NCBI GenBank assembly: GCA_034669905.1
Contig: JAXMOL010000015.1
Location: forward strand, 81,313-145,312
DNA length: 64,000 nt
Direction: 5' to 3'
From: Candidatus Hydrogenedentota bacterium
GTDB lineage: Bacteria > Hydrogenedentota > Hydrogenedentia > Hydrogenedentales > JAEUWI01
Position 1 is the stretch's first letter. Each line of letters starts with the position of its first letter. Position numbers and translations under genes: made by a program. The notes under the pieces were generated by a model. The model did not search any database, was not told the DNA's origin, and was given only the letters and a program-made list of their open reading frames with translations. Positions 39,778 to 49,903 of the stretch are shown here, in pieces.

Positions 39778-41850
39778 ATGTATGAAAACCTTGCCCATTA
39801 TGTGGTCTCCAGTCCACCGGAAGTCATTCCGACACTCTACCTGGAAGACATTGCTATCTGTGCCGCCTGGTACGATTCGCATGAAGGGGACAGTGATATT
39901 TCCGCCACCTACGGCGCGCTCCGCCAGGTATTCGACCGCTGGGTTCGCGAAGTGGAGCCTCCCCGAAATGATACCGAAGGTTACCGTCAGCAACCACTAA
40001 TCCGGGAGCTGGTGGCCGAGCTCACCGAAGGCAACGTGGCCCGGCTGGAACGGGATGAGTTGGATCTCCTCTATTTCACCGTGGCCTTCGCCCGTCGCAG
40101 TGGTAAACTCGACATCTTCCGGCGGGTACTCTCCTGCACCGCACCCCACATGAACAGCATCGAGCAGCTGCGCAAGAAGAAGCCACTCATCCCGGGCGCC
40201 GAAAACCTGGCCAAACGGCTGACCGTTGCAACGGAAGCCGATATCAAACAGGCTGAAGCCCGGGACGTACGTACCTTTGGCGGCCTGAGTCTACCCATTC
40301 GCGGACCGGTCTATCTGTGTGAAGGGTCGCTGAAGATCATGTCGGGCATCCCGGCTGAGTGCACGGTCGTGGTCGATCAGGGACACTGCTGTGTACGGGG
40401 GGCGGTAGAAGGCAATCTCGCGGCCACCGAATCCTGCGACATCCTCGACAACCTTTCGGGGGTTGTCATCGCCCGCCGGGGGGGCATCAACGCGCGGGAC
40501 ATTCTGAACCAGGCCATCGTCCTTTCTAAGGAAGACACCGTGCGGGCCGTCAACGCCGAATCGCCCAAGATGGTGTTCGCGGCACGGGAGATTCATCTCC
40601 GGGAAGATGCCATGGGAGGCCGCTTTCTGGCCCGCAAGATTCAGATCGACGGACTCATGTGCGGGGGGGATCTCTTCGTCACGGAACATGCCCGGTCAAC
40701 CAGTTTCGTCGCCACCGATGAGCGCCCCCTCCGGGTATGCCTTTTGCGCGGACTCTCCTGCCAGGATTACGGCGAAGTGCTTACGATGGATTCCAGTTCC
40801 CTGTTGAATTCGGCCATGAAGCTGCGACAACGCCTGGATCACCTGGAGGAACTGAGTGACCTGTCCGAACGGGAGGCCGACGATCTGGCCGGAAACATCC
40901 TGCTGTTCGTATTGGGTGAAGCCGACACCAAAGAAAAGGTGCAAGACATTCAGAAACGTCGCCAACGCCTTTCATTCATGGAGCGGCTTACGGCCGGGAT
41001 TCGGTCGCTGGTTATGGCGGCGGAAGATCGGATCAACAACCTGAATTCGCAGATGTCCGATTCGGGCACACAATCGAGCGAAGAGAAAGCGACCCTGGAC
41101 GAACTTCGTCGCGAACTTCTTTCCCTCTCACAGGAAGGCAGTATCGAGCCCGAGCTGCACCAGGAGAAGGAAGATGTCCTGTATCTGGGCCGAAAACTAC
41201 AGCGCCGGGGCATGTCGGAACAAGGTCTTCAGCAGGTGCTTGAACGGCTGTTGGCGAAGTGTGAAGCCATCCAGCGGCGCGCCAACGATTTGTCGCGCCA
41301 GTTGCAACGGGAAGAAGCCGCCATCGAACGGGCCATGGGCCGCGATGCCCTCATGGAACGGGCCCGCGAAGAATGTTCCCGGGTGGAGATGTTGAAACAA
41401 CTTTCGGCGGCGGCACGGAAACGCCCGACGGGCGATATCTTCAAGCAGCGTTTGGGCGACCGGTACGTCAAGCTCCTGCAACGCACCATGGAAAACCGAC
41501 TCTCCCATGCCAGTGGCTACCGGAGCACCTGCCGGGAGGTCCATGATCGTATTGAGCAATTGCGGGAGAAACTCTGGCGAGAGTACATGGTTTCCCTACC
41601 CGATCATGTGCTTCAGGGCTGGGCCGTGGGCGGCGCCCGCATAGAAGGCACCTTCTCGCCCGGCATCCTGATCAGCCCCTGGCGCCACCTTATGGATGAC
41701 CCCTCGGGCGGCATAAAGAGTTGCGCCATCACATCTTCCGATGAAAAGCTTAAGAATGTGCATCAGACTTTTGTACGAACCACACGAAGCACCGTGGAAG
41801 CCCTGGAGCTCCCCCCGGAGGAATCGGCGGAGCTCTCTATCAACATCTGA
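39778..41850 (+). CDS. Hypothetical protein with FapA/DUF342-like beta-solenoid and long coiled coil
   Basis: 690-aa ORF 18 bp after mtnA; repeating small-hydrophobic beta segments ~aa 170-320, heptad-rich ~aa 340-600. Confidence 0.65.
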   Translation: MYENLAHYVVSSPPEVIPTLYLEDIAICAAWYDSHEGDSDISATYGALRQVFDRWVREVEPPRNDTEGYRQQPLIRELVAELTEGNVARLERDELDLLYFTVAFARRSGKLDIFRRVLSCTAPHMNSIEQLRKKKPLIPGAENLAKRLTVATEADIKQAEARDVRTFGGLSLPIRGPVYLCEGSLKIMSGIPAECTVVVDQGHCCVRGAVEGNLAATESCDILDNLSGVVIARRGGINARDILNQAIVLSKEDTVRAVNAESPKMVFAAREIHLREDAMGGRFLARKIQIDGLMCGGDLFVTEHARSTSFVATDERPLRVCLLRGLSCQDYGEVLTMDSSSLLNSAMKLRQRLDHLEELSDLSEREADDLAGNILLFVLGEADTKEKVQDIQKRRQRLSFMERLTAGIRSLVMAAEDRINNLNSQMSDSGTQSSEEKATLDELRRELLSLSQEGSIEPELHQEKEDVLYLGRKLQRRGMSEQGLQQVLERLLAKCEAIQRRANDLSRQLQREEAAIERAMGRDALMERAREECSRVEMLKQLSAAARKRPTGDIFKQRLGDRYVKLLQRTMENRLSHASGYRSTCREVHDRIEQLREKLWREYMVSLPDHVLQGWAVGGARIEGTFSPGILISPWRHLMDDPSGGIKSCAITSSDEKLKNVHQTFVRTTRSTVEALELPPEESAELSINI

Positions 41851-41886
41851 TTCCTACTCCCGGAACCAGCTTTTCTGGTCGGGCCA

Positions 41887-41916
41887 TTGAGTCAACTTTA
41901 TGGGCCATGGTATGAT
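41887..41916 (+). promoter_or_regulatory. Putative sigma70 promoter of cmk-recJ
   Basis: TTGAGT, 18-bp spacer, TGn-TATGAT. Confidence 0.45.
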
Positions 41917-41979
41917 CACGCGGTCTCAACGCCTCGATGTCGTGGCGGAGTTTATCCCCCGATACTGGAAGATCCACCC

Positions 41980-42654
41980 ATGAGCGATGCCACCCAAATT
42001 GTTGCGATTGACGGTCCCGCAGGTGCGGGAAAAAGCACCACGGCCAAGGAAGTGGCCCGTCGACTCGGCTTTGCTTTTCTGGATACCGGGGCCATGTATC
42101 GCGCCGCCACCTGGTGGGCCGTCGATCAGGGCATCGATCTGGATGATGGCGAGGCCCTGGCCGCCCACACCGCCAAGATGGCGCTGGATATCGAAGAGCG
42201 GGAAACGGGCCAGGTCGTGACGGTTAACGGCCAGGACGTAAGTGCCCCCATCCGCACTCCCGAAATCACCAACCTCATTTACAAACTCGACCAGAACTCG
42301 GCCATTCGTAAGCAACTCGTGGAATTGCAGCGACGCTTTGGTGAAAAGCAGCCGACCGTTGCCGAAGGACGTGACGTCGGTACCGTCGTCTTCCCCAAGG
42401 CAAAGTGCAAGATATACCTCGACGCCTCCCTCGACACCCGGACCAACCGCCGGGCACGACAGATGCGCAAACGGGGCCAGACCTATGATTGGGATACCTT
42501 ACGGGCCGAGGTGCACGAGCGGGATGAGCAAAGCAAGAACCGGGCGGACTCCCCTCTACGAAAAGCCGATGATGCCTTCCTCCTGGACTCCACCGACATG
42601 AGTTGGGAAGAAACGGTGGACGCCGTCGTCCGCCACGCGCAGGAAGTACTTTGA
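41980..42654 (+). CDS. cmk: Cytidylate kinase
   Basis: AIDGPAGAGKST, LDTGAMYR, EGRDVGTVVFP; start at MSDATQ (41980). Confidence 0.97.
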   Translation: MSDATQIVAIDGPAGAGKSTTAKEVARRLGFAFLDTGAMYRAATWWAVDQGIDLDDGEALAAHTAKMALDIEERETGQVVTVNGQDVSAPIRTPEITNLIYKLDQNSAIRKQLVELQRRFGEKQPTVAEGRDVGTVVFPKAKCKIYLDASLDTRTNRRARQMRKRGQTYDWDTLRAEVHERDEQSKNRADSPLRKADDAFLLDSTDMSWEETVDAVVRHAQEVL

Positions 42655-44348
42655 ACGCGCTCGGCATACGGCGCCATTGGAATATCGCGCCCCATGACGA
42701 TCAGCGGGTGCGCGAACTCGCCCGGGAGATCGATGTCCCCCCCATTGTTGCTCAATTGCTCATCCTCCGGGGTCAGGATACGGCCGAAAAGGCCACCGTC
42801 TATCTGAACCCCACCCTCGATCAATTGTCCGACCCCCTGCTGCTCACCGATATGGACAAGGCCGTGGCCCGTCTGACGGCGGCCCGGGATCAGCAGGAGC
42901 ATATCCTGGTTTTTGGCGACTACGACGTGGACGGCATCAGCGGCTCGGCCATCCTCGTAAACGGCCTGAAACGTTTTGGGTGTAAGCAGGTCTCCTACAA
43001 CATGCCCAAGCGCCTTACGGAAGGCTATGGGCTGGCTCCTGAGCATGTAGACGAAGCCCTGGCCCAGGGCGTGAATCTCATCGTGACGGTGGACAATGGT
43101 ATCAGCGCCCACGAAGCGGCGAACCATGCCCGGGCGAAGGGCCTCGATCTGATCATCACCGATCACCATGCCATCGAGCAGGGCCTCCCCGATGCCCTGG
43201 CCGTCATCAACCCCCAACGGGAATCGGAGGAATATCCCGGGCGGTACCTGTGTGGGGCGGGCGTGGCCTTTAAGGTCTCCACAGCCCTGAATGGCACCCC
43301 CAATGACCTCGATATTGCCGCCCTCGGCACGGTGGCGGATATTGTCCCCCTCCAGGCGGAAAACCGCGTGCTCGTGGCCCTGGGCCTGCGCCATATGGCC
43401 AAACACCGGCGCAACGGCATTGCGACGCTGGCCCGGGTGGCCGGTGTCGATATCGGCGCCATATCCTCTGTGGATATCGGATACCAGATCGGACCCCGCA
43501 TCAATGCGGCGGGCCGCCTGAACAACGGCCTGGCCGCCCTGCAACTCATCCTCTCGGAGTGTCCGGATGAGGCCCATAGCATGGCCAAGTCATTGGATGA
43601 GGCCAACGCGGAGCGACGGGCCATTGAGCGGGCTATCTATGACGACGCGGTGGAAGAACTGGACGCCTGTTTTAACCCCGCGCAACGGGCCATTATCGTG
43701 GCCCGGGAAGGTTGGCACCCCGGCGTCATCGGCATTGTGGCTTCCAAACTGCAAGGGCGCTATCAACGCCCGGTGGTGGTGATCGCCATTGACGAAGACG
43801 GCATCGGCCGGGGCTCGGCGCGGAGCAATGGAAACTTCGACATGATCAAGGCCTTTCGGGCCTGTGAGTCTCACCTCGTCAAATTCGGTGGCCATCTCTC
43901 AGCCGCCGGCATGACCATTGAGGCCGGCAACGTTTCGGCCTTCCGGGACCAATTCGAAGCGGAGGCGGCAGCCCAACTGGGTACGGGTGAAATCCTCTCT
44001 GAGCTCGCGGTGGACGCCATCGCCAGCCTCAAGGAAGTGGACGGCGAATTGCTGAATAACATGGCCCGTATCGAGCCCCTGGGACACCACAACCCCGCCC
44101 CGGTTTTTTGCGCCCTCGGCGTGGAAGCCCGCAAAGGCTCCATCCGCATCTTGAAGGACCAACATCTCAAGGTATCCTTCGAGCAGGACGGCTGTGCCCT
44201 GTCGGCCATCGGCTTCAACATGGCGGAACGCTTTTACACCGAAGACCTCTCTGGCCCCATCGATATCGCCTTCACCCCCCAATTTAATGAATGGCGTGGC
44301 GAAACAACCATCCAACTGCTGTTGAAAGACATTCGCCCCACCCAGTAA
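42651..44348 (+). CDS. recJ: Single-stranded DNA exonuclease RecJ
   Basis: GDYDVDG, TVDNG, TDHH, GTVAD, PRINAAGR, GSARS, GGH; TTG start overlapping the cmk stop (TTGA). Confidence 0.97.
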   Translation: MNALGIRRHWNIAPHDDQRVRELAREIDVPPIVAQLLILRGQDTAEKATVYLNPTLDQLSDPLLLTDMDKAVARLTAARDQQEHILVFGDYDVDGISGSAILVNGLKRFGCKQVSYNMPKRLTEGYGLAPEHVDEALAQGVNLIVTVDNGISAHEAANHARAKGLDLIITDHHAIEQGLPDALAVINPQRESEEYPGRYLCGAGVAFKVSTALNGTPNDLDIAALGTVADIVPLQAENRVLVALGLRHMAKHRRNGIATLARVAGVDIGAISSVDIGYQIGPRINAAGRLNNGLAALQLILSECPDEAHSMAKSLDEANAERRAIERAIYDDAVEELDACFNPAQRAIIVAREGWHPGVIGIVASKLQGRYQRPVVVIAIDEDGIGRGSARSNGNFDMIKAFRACESHLVKFGGHLSAAGMTIEAGNVSAFRDQFEAEAAAQLGTGEILSELAVDAIASLKEVDGELLNNMARIEPLGHHNPAPVFCALGVEARKGSIRILKDQHLKVSFEQDGCALSAIGFNMAERFYTEDLSGPIDIAFTPQFNEWRGETTIQLLLKDIRPTQ

Positions 44349-44381
44349 GGCCGGCCAATACCGAAGGGCGTCGCCGCACCC

Positions 44382-46280
44382 TCAAGACGTCGGGGTTTCG
44401 AGAAAGCGGTCCGCGGTATCCCCCGTCACGGGTGTGTCACGCGGCGGCGGCTTTATCAAGAGCGCGTGTCGACGTTGCCCCTGGATACGGGACATCACCT
44501 CCGAATCGGCTTCCAAACGTCCACCGCCCGCTTCGACCATGGAAACAATGCGCGGGCTCGGCAGATTGCTGAACTGGTCGGGGCCAAGGATCGTATCTTT
44601 CCAATGGGACGTTTCGCCAAAGGCACTCTCTGAAAAAGCCAACTCATGGAGGACGGCGCCAGAGAAATCGTTCTCCTGAATGAGGGCTCCATCAAAGTCG
44701 CTCCAGCGCACGATACCGTCCCGCCAATCCAATGTCCTCAATACCGCATCCGAAAAGCGGATATCCTCCAACAGGGCCCTGCTCAAGGAGACGTTCTCCA
44801 ACTCCGCGCCAGCAAAGGAGACCTCCTTCAAGTTGGCATGCGAGAAATCGACACAGGTCAGGTGGGTGCCGTTCAGCGGCACTTCCGTCATGCTAACCCC
44901 CGAGGCATTGCAGTCACGCCACTCACTGCCTTCCAGACCGGAGTTCTGGAAGGAAGCCCACTTCAGGCTGGTGCCGTGCAACCGCGCGTTGCGGAGGTCC
45001 GTGTTCACGAAAACAGCGCGCTCCAGTACCGTATCACTTAAATCGGCCCCGGCGAGTGCTGTGCCTCGGAATACGGCCCCCCCGAGGTCCAGACCACGCA
45101 GGTCGGCCCCGCGCAGATCCAAGCCCTGGAGATCCATACCCCGGGTCGATTCCAACAACGCCTTCAAAGGGCCTCGGGTTTCGGTCGGCAGGGCCTGAAT
45201 CGCCTGGACCACGTCGCCCCAGCCTGCCGATTCGGGATACTGCAGGCCGGTAACGGTTTGGATTTCCTGGCGCAAGGTCGCCACATGGCCGTACAAGGCC
45301 CCGACGGCCGTGGGCCCTTCACAGATCACGTTGTAATTTTCCCAATGGCGCAATGCCCATTGGCCACGGATGGGATCTTCCCGTGGAAAGGACGCCAGGG
45401 CCCCTCGCGCCACAGCCCATTGCACAAAGGGCAGTCGGGTATTCACGACAGCACCCAGATGCAACCCTTCCACCCGTGTCATGTCGTCGTAAATCAGGGA
45501 GGCCAGGGCATCGTCGTAGGTCAACGTCGGGTCCTTATGATCGCCATAGGTATACGCAAATCTGGCCCCACGCAGGTCGGCCCCGCGAATGTCCATGTCC
45601 TCGGTACTGAAGGCATAGATGACGGCGTTACGCAGATTAGCTTCCCGAAAATCGGCCCCCAGCAGCCCTCTTCCCACGAAAACCCCTTCAAAATTGCTGC
45701 GCTGAAAACGTACACCCGAGACGTTACGCCCCATATGAAAACCCAGATTGCTGAATTCACGGAAGTCTACGTCGCTCAGGATTGCCCCCTCGAAATTGGC
45801 ATCCCGAAGAAAGGCCCCATCCAATTGCACGCCCGACAGGTCGGCCCCCCGAAAATCGCAGTGCGAGAGATTCATCCCCCGAAAATCGATACCCTGCAGG
45901 TCGGCCCCCCGAAAGTCAGCACCCGCCATGCCGCGACACAACTGCCGTTCCTCGAACGAGAGTTGCTCCCGAAGAGGCCGGGATTGTCGCCACGACAAAA
46001 TCGGTCCACCCGGTGTTTCCGGTTGGCCCATCAACGCACGAATGTTCGCAACGCGGGTTTCCACCGCATCGTGCAACGAATCCCCCCCGAACATCGGGCG
46101 GCCGGAGTCCACCTGGTAGACCAACACCGCCCCGCGGGGTGTCGGGGACTGGTCAAGATAGCGTCGCGACCAGGCCATCACGTCGCCGCCATACATGGAA
46201 AACAGCGTACCGGCACAAATGCTCCCACAGACTACGAAAGTACCGAGCTCCACCGCATGGGCTTTCAACCAATTTTTCAT
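44382..46280 (-). CDS. Pentapeptide repeat protein with N-terminal membrane anchor
   Basis: Two blocks of A[D/N][L/F]xx repeats; hydrophobic segment near the N-terminus; ATGA overlap with the upstream ORF. Confidence 0.88.
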   Translation of the reverse strand: MKNWLKAHAVELGTFVVCGSICAGTLFSMYGGDVMAWSRRYLDQSPTPRGAVLVYQVDSGRPMFGGDSLHDAVETRVANIRALMGQPETPGGPILSWRQSRPLREQLSFEERQLCRGMAGADFRGADLQGIDFRGMNLSHCDFRGADLSGVQLDGAFLRDANFEGAILSDVDFREFSNLGFHMGRNVSGVRFQRSNFEGVFVGRGLLGADFREANLRNAVIYAFSTEDMDIRGADLRGARFAYTYGDHKDPTLTYDDALASLIYDDMTRVEGLHLGAVVNTRLPFVQWAVARGALASFPREDPIRGQWALRHWENYNVICEGPTAVGALYGHVATLRQEIQTVTGLQYPESAGWGDVVQAIQALPTETRGPLKALLESTRGMDLQGLDLRGADLRGLDLGGAVFRGTALAGADLSDTVLERAVFVNTDLRNARLHGTSLKWASFQNSGLEGSEWRDCNASGVSMTEVPLNGTHLTCVDFSHANLKEVSFAGAELENVSLSRALLEDIRFSDAVLRTLDWRDGIVRWSDFDGALIQENDFSGAVLHELAFSESAFGETSHWKDTILGPDQFSNLPSPRIVSMVEAGGGRLEADSEVMSRIQGQRRHALLIKPPPRDTPVTGDTADRFLETPTS

Positions 46281-46834
46281 AATCCGGAATCCTGACGTGC
46301 GTAGTAGTTCCGTGCCCTTTGACGAACAGGCTGCTCCTCGTGGTTTCGTGCCCCCGCCAACAGGAATGTATCGGCGACCGCCGTGTCCAAGGTAGCGACC
46401 AGCGTGATGACCCCACGCAGATTCTCGTGGTCTATCTGATCGACGCGCCCGGGAGAATGATGGCGAATCACGTCCGTATCGATCATCTTCCGTTGGGTAT
46501 TGAGCAGGTCATTGGGAACGTCGAACTCCATCCGCCCCGAGTCGCGAAAGGACCATACCGACTCAAAGGCGCGGGGCGTGGCCCTGTATGGGAGCACCAT
46601 CAGCGCAGTCATCCGCTCTTCCTGCGAGCGCACTTTGTCGTTGAGAATCCTTCGCAAATGCGCCACGTCCGTGACCTGCGGTGGCATTGAAACCGACGTC
46701 GATAACGAGGACGGGCGGTGTTCCCGTTTCCCCGTAACGACTTGCCCCCGCCAATGCCCCGGAAGCCCCGCCGTTAACGCGATGGTGCTAAGCCAAATCC
46801 CCCCCAAACACACTGCCCGTCTCATGCCCTGCAC
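46277..46834 (-). CDS. Hypothetical exported protein
   Basis: AGGAGG before GTG 46834, signal-like N-terminus, stop coupled to the next gene. Confidence 0.7.
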   Translation of the reverse strand: MQGMRRAVCLGGIWLSTIALTAGLPGHWRGQVVTGKREHRPSSLSTSVSMPPQVTDVAHLRRILNDKVRSQEERMTALMVLPYRATPRAFESVWSFRDSGRMEFDVPNDLLNTQRKMIDTDVIRHHSPGRVDQIDHENLRGVITLVATLDTAVADTFLLAGARNHEEQPVRQRARNYYARQDSGL

Positions 46835-46909
46835 GCCTCCTGGTATACCGCACGCCGCTCAATGCCGATATACTATTGGAGCATTTTTTCAGCCGCAGGT
46901 CAACCAGGC

Positions 46910-49030
46910 TCAGAGATTGCTCCGGCGGGGCACATATTTCTTCTTTTTCTTCTTCACTTCCGGCGGATCCACTTGTTCCTCCGCCATCTGGCGGACCGCC
47001 TTGATGTGTTGAACGTAGAGTTCCTCGGGAATTTCCGCCAGGAATCGGCTGGATTTAGAGATCTTTTCTTTTCCGTTTTTCACGCGGGAAAGGGCCTCAA
47101 ACATGGTGACATGCCGTTTGCCTCGGGTAAGGGCCACGTAAAACAGCCGCCGCTCCTCTTCGATGTTGTTTTCCTTGAGGCTTCGCTCGTGGGGCATGAG
47201 CCCGTCTTCGAGGCCCATGAGAAACACGAAGGGAAACTCCAGCCCCTTGGCACTGTGGATCGTCATGAGGGTCACGCCCGTCTTGCGGCGGTCATCTTTA
47301 CCGAAACGGGCCTGATCGGTATTGAGGTGACTTTCGTCGAGGAAGTTGCTGAGGCTTGGCGTTTCCGCCTTTTCCTCATACTCACCAATGGCCTTGACCA
47401 CGACCTCGATATTGTTCCAGCGGTTGCTCACCTGTTGGGGTGTCTTGCAGGTGCGCACCAACTCCCCGTGATAATCGATAGCGGCTACAAGATCCTCCAC
47501 GATTTCCCGGAGGGTACCGTCTTTCTCCCGAAATCGCTTGCGGAATTTATCCAGCAGGCGGAGGAAGTCGCGCAGCCCGCGCTCGGTCTTTTGCTCTTTG
47601 AATTGACGTACCCGGTCGTCCGGATTCTCACCCAGGGCCAACTGCACGGGGCCACCGTCGATGCCATTCTTCAAGAGATGGGCCGTGGCCTGCCCAAGGG
47701 AAAGCTTTTCATCGCGACACAACTCGTGAATCTTATGGAGGGTCGCATCGCCAATGCCCCGTCGCGGCATGTTGACCACACGGAGAAAGGCGGCCTCGTC
47801 CCGGGGATTTACAATCACCTTGAGATAGGAGATGATATCGCGCACCTCGGCCCGCTCGAAGAAGTCTTGTCCACCCACCACGATATAGGGGATACCCGCC
47901 TGACGCAGGGTCACTTCCAACGGTCGGGATTGCTGGTTGGAGCGATAGAGAAAGGCAAAATCACTATAGCGAGCGCCCGTGCGGGACTGGATGAAACCCA
48001 TCCATTTCAGGGCTTCTTCGGCTTCTTTCTCTTCGTCGGCGCAGACGATCCAATCGAGTTTCCGCCCCGCCCCCAAATCGGACCAGAGCTTTTTATCGCG
48101 GCGCACAAGGTTGTTCTTAATCACGGCGTTGGCCGCACCGAGAATGGTCGTGGTGGATCGGTAGTTCTGATCGAGGGTCACGATATGGGCATCGGTAAAG
48201 TGCTTGTCGAAATCCAGGATCATGCTCGAGTCGGCGCCGCGCCACGCGTAAATCGATTGGTCGTCATCGCCTACCACGCAGAGGTTGCGATGCTCCGATA
48301 CCAGGCGGCGGATCAGCTCGTATTGAACCTTATTCGTATCCTGATATTCATCGACCATGACATAACGAAAGGCGCCGCGGCAGACCTCGAGGAGATCGGG
48401 GTGTTCGTCCCACAGCTTAAGGGTGAGGAGCATGAGATCGTCGAAGTCGATGCTGTTGGCCGCCCGCAGGGCCGAGTGGTAGCCCTCGTAGACATCGGCG
48501 AAATTCTCGGCATACTTTTCGTCGTTCGCGTTTTCCACGGGCAGGGGCTTGTTGGGATCAGGCGCTTCATTGGCATTCTTCATGAGGCTGATGCGCGACT
48601 GGAAGGTGCCCGTATCAAAGGATTCGGAGCTGTGCAGATCTTCCACCACACGGCGCAGCAAGGTTCGAGAGTCACTGTCCCCGGCGATACTGAAGTTCTT
48701 CCGGTAGCCCAGGCGGGTGATGTGTTTCCGTAAGACCTGGAGGCAATAACTGTGGAAGGTCGAGATAACGATGGTGTCGGCCGTCTTCTTACCCACCAGC
48801 TCGGCCACGCGCTCACGCATTTCGGTGGCCGCCTTGTTGGTGAAGGTCACGGCCAGGATCTGACTGGGCTCCGCCAGTTTCGAAGCGAGAATATGGGCGA
48901 TGCGCCGGGTGATCACCCGCGTTTTTCCACTACCGGCCCCCGCGAGGACGAGTAGGGGCCCTTCGGTGTGGCGGGCGGCTTCCCGCTGACTGGGGTTCAG
49001 GCCTTGGAGGAATTTTCGGGTGGGGGACAC
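46910..49030 (-). CDS. UvrD/PcrA/Rep family SF1A DNA helicase
   Basis: LAGAGSGKT, TFTNKAA, VDEYQD, VGDDDQSIY, QNYRS, TIHSAKGLEF, EERRLFYVALTR. Confidence 0.96.
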   Translation of the reverse strand: MSPTRKFLQGLNPSQREAARHTEGPLLVLAGAGSGKTRVITRRIAHILASKLAEPSQILAVTFTNKAATEMRERVAELVGKKTADTIVISTFHSYCLQVLRKHITRLGYRKNFSIAGDSDSRTLLRRVVEDLHSSESFDTGTFQSRISLMKNANEAPDPNKPLPVENANDEKYAENFADVYEGYHSALRAANSIDFDDLMLLTLKLWDEHPDLLEVCRGAFRYVMVDEYQDTNKVQYELIRRLVSEHRNLCVVGDDDQSIYAWRGADSSMILDFDKHFTDAHIVTLDQNYRSTTTILGAANAVIKNNLVRRDKKLWSDLGAGRKLDWIVCADEEKEAEEALKWMGFIQSRTGARYSDFAFLYRSNQQSRPLEVTLRQAGIPYIVVGGQDFFERAEVRDIISYLKVIVNPRDEAAFLRVVNMPRRGIGDATLHKIHELCRDEKLSLGQATAHLLKNGIDGGPVQLALGENPDDRVRQFKEQKTERGLRDFLRLLDKFRKRFREKDGTLREIVEDLVAAIDYHGELVRTCKTPQQVSNRWNNIEVVVKAIGEYEEKAETPSLSNFLDESHLNTDQARFGKDDRRKTGVTLMTIHSAKGLEFPFVFLMGLEDGLMPHERSLKENNIEEERRLFYVALTRGKRHVTMFEALSRVKNGKEKISKSSRFLAEIPEELYVQHIKAVRQMAEEQVDPPEVKKKKKKYVPRRSNL

Positions 49031-49128
49031 AATCAGCCTTCACATCGGGTAGGGCACAGCTAAGTCGAAGGCGGGATTGTAGCAGGCTCCAGCGGCTGGG
49101 TCTACTTGACTTTTCCGATAGCGCGGGT

Positions 49129-49491
49129 TCAGTAGTCCCAGAGACTGCGATCTACGCGGTATCCCATGAGAGGACTGTTCCGCACGGCCCCACAATGGGT
49201 GCATTCCACCACGTCGGGCGCATGAATCTCCTCACACTTTTCGCAGCGCCACCGTGGACCTAAGGCCCTATCTGGAATAGACTTAGCGGTCTCCATCACG
49301 GGCGGATGGGGCGCGGGATGGGGCGCGTCAATGTCGGCAATAAACTGGAGGAGCCGAAGGCGCGAGATGTACCAGTGGGGCCCCACCCGCTTTCCGGGTA
49401 ATTCTCCGCTGGAAAGGAGGCGCCCCACCTCGGCTTCCGGCAAGGAGAGCAGTTCACTCACATCCGCTACGGTCAATATCTCTTTTTCCAT
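49129..49491 (-). CDS. Excisionase-type HTH protein with C-terminal RanBP2-like zinc ribbon
   Basis: ILTVADVSELL..GELPGKRVGPHWYI; WRCEKC-x10-CTHC. Confidence 0.8.
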   Translation of the reverse strand: MEKEILTVADVSELLSLPEAEVGRLLSSGELPGKRVGPHWYISRLRLLQFIADIDAPHPAPHPPVMETAKSIPDRALGPRWRCEKCEEIHAPDVVECTHCGAVRNSPLMGYRVDRSLWDY

Positions 49492-49706
49492 GGCCCCATC
49501 TCTCCCGTTCTCCCTAAAATGTACCATGGAAACGGAAAAATGCAAAGGAGATTCCAGGAACGGGCAGCGCTAGCGAACGCACGATGGCATGGCGGTCCTG
49601 CGTCGACTAACGACCACCGGAAGCGCCGGGGGTATGAAAACGGCACCTGAAAGGGGCCCTATTGTGCGCGACGTCTAGACCGTCCAAGCCGAACGCCTAA
49701 ACGGTC

Positions 49707-49791
49707 CGTCATCCCCGCGAAGGCGGGGATCCAGAAATTCGTTCACGACAACCAGAAAACGCACTGGATTCCCGCCGTCGCGGGAATGACG
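49707..49791. repeat. Inverted REP doublet (GTCAT[C/T]CCCGCG..GCGGG[G/A]ATCCAG)
   Basis: 49707-49734 and 49764-49791 are inverted copies, each with an internal palindrome. Confidence 0.85.
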
Positions 49792-49903
49792 TGGCCCTGA
49801 TGGGGTGGAGCTGTGTTTCTACAAAATCGTTACGCGATGTTAAAGCATCATACAAGAAAGAGACAGCGGAGCCTGACGAATGCTCACCGGCAAGGCCGGT
49901 GCT

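Noticed and set aside
46862..48733. 623-aa antisense ORF
   Set aside because: Shadow of the UvrD/PcrA helicase gene.
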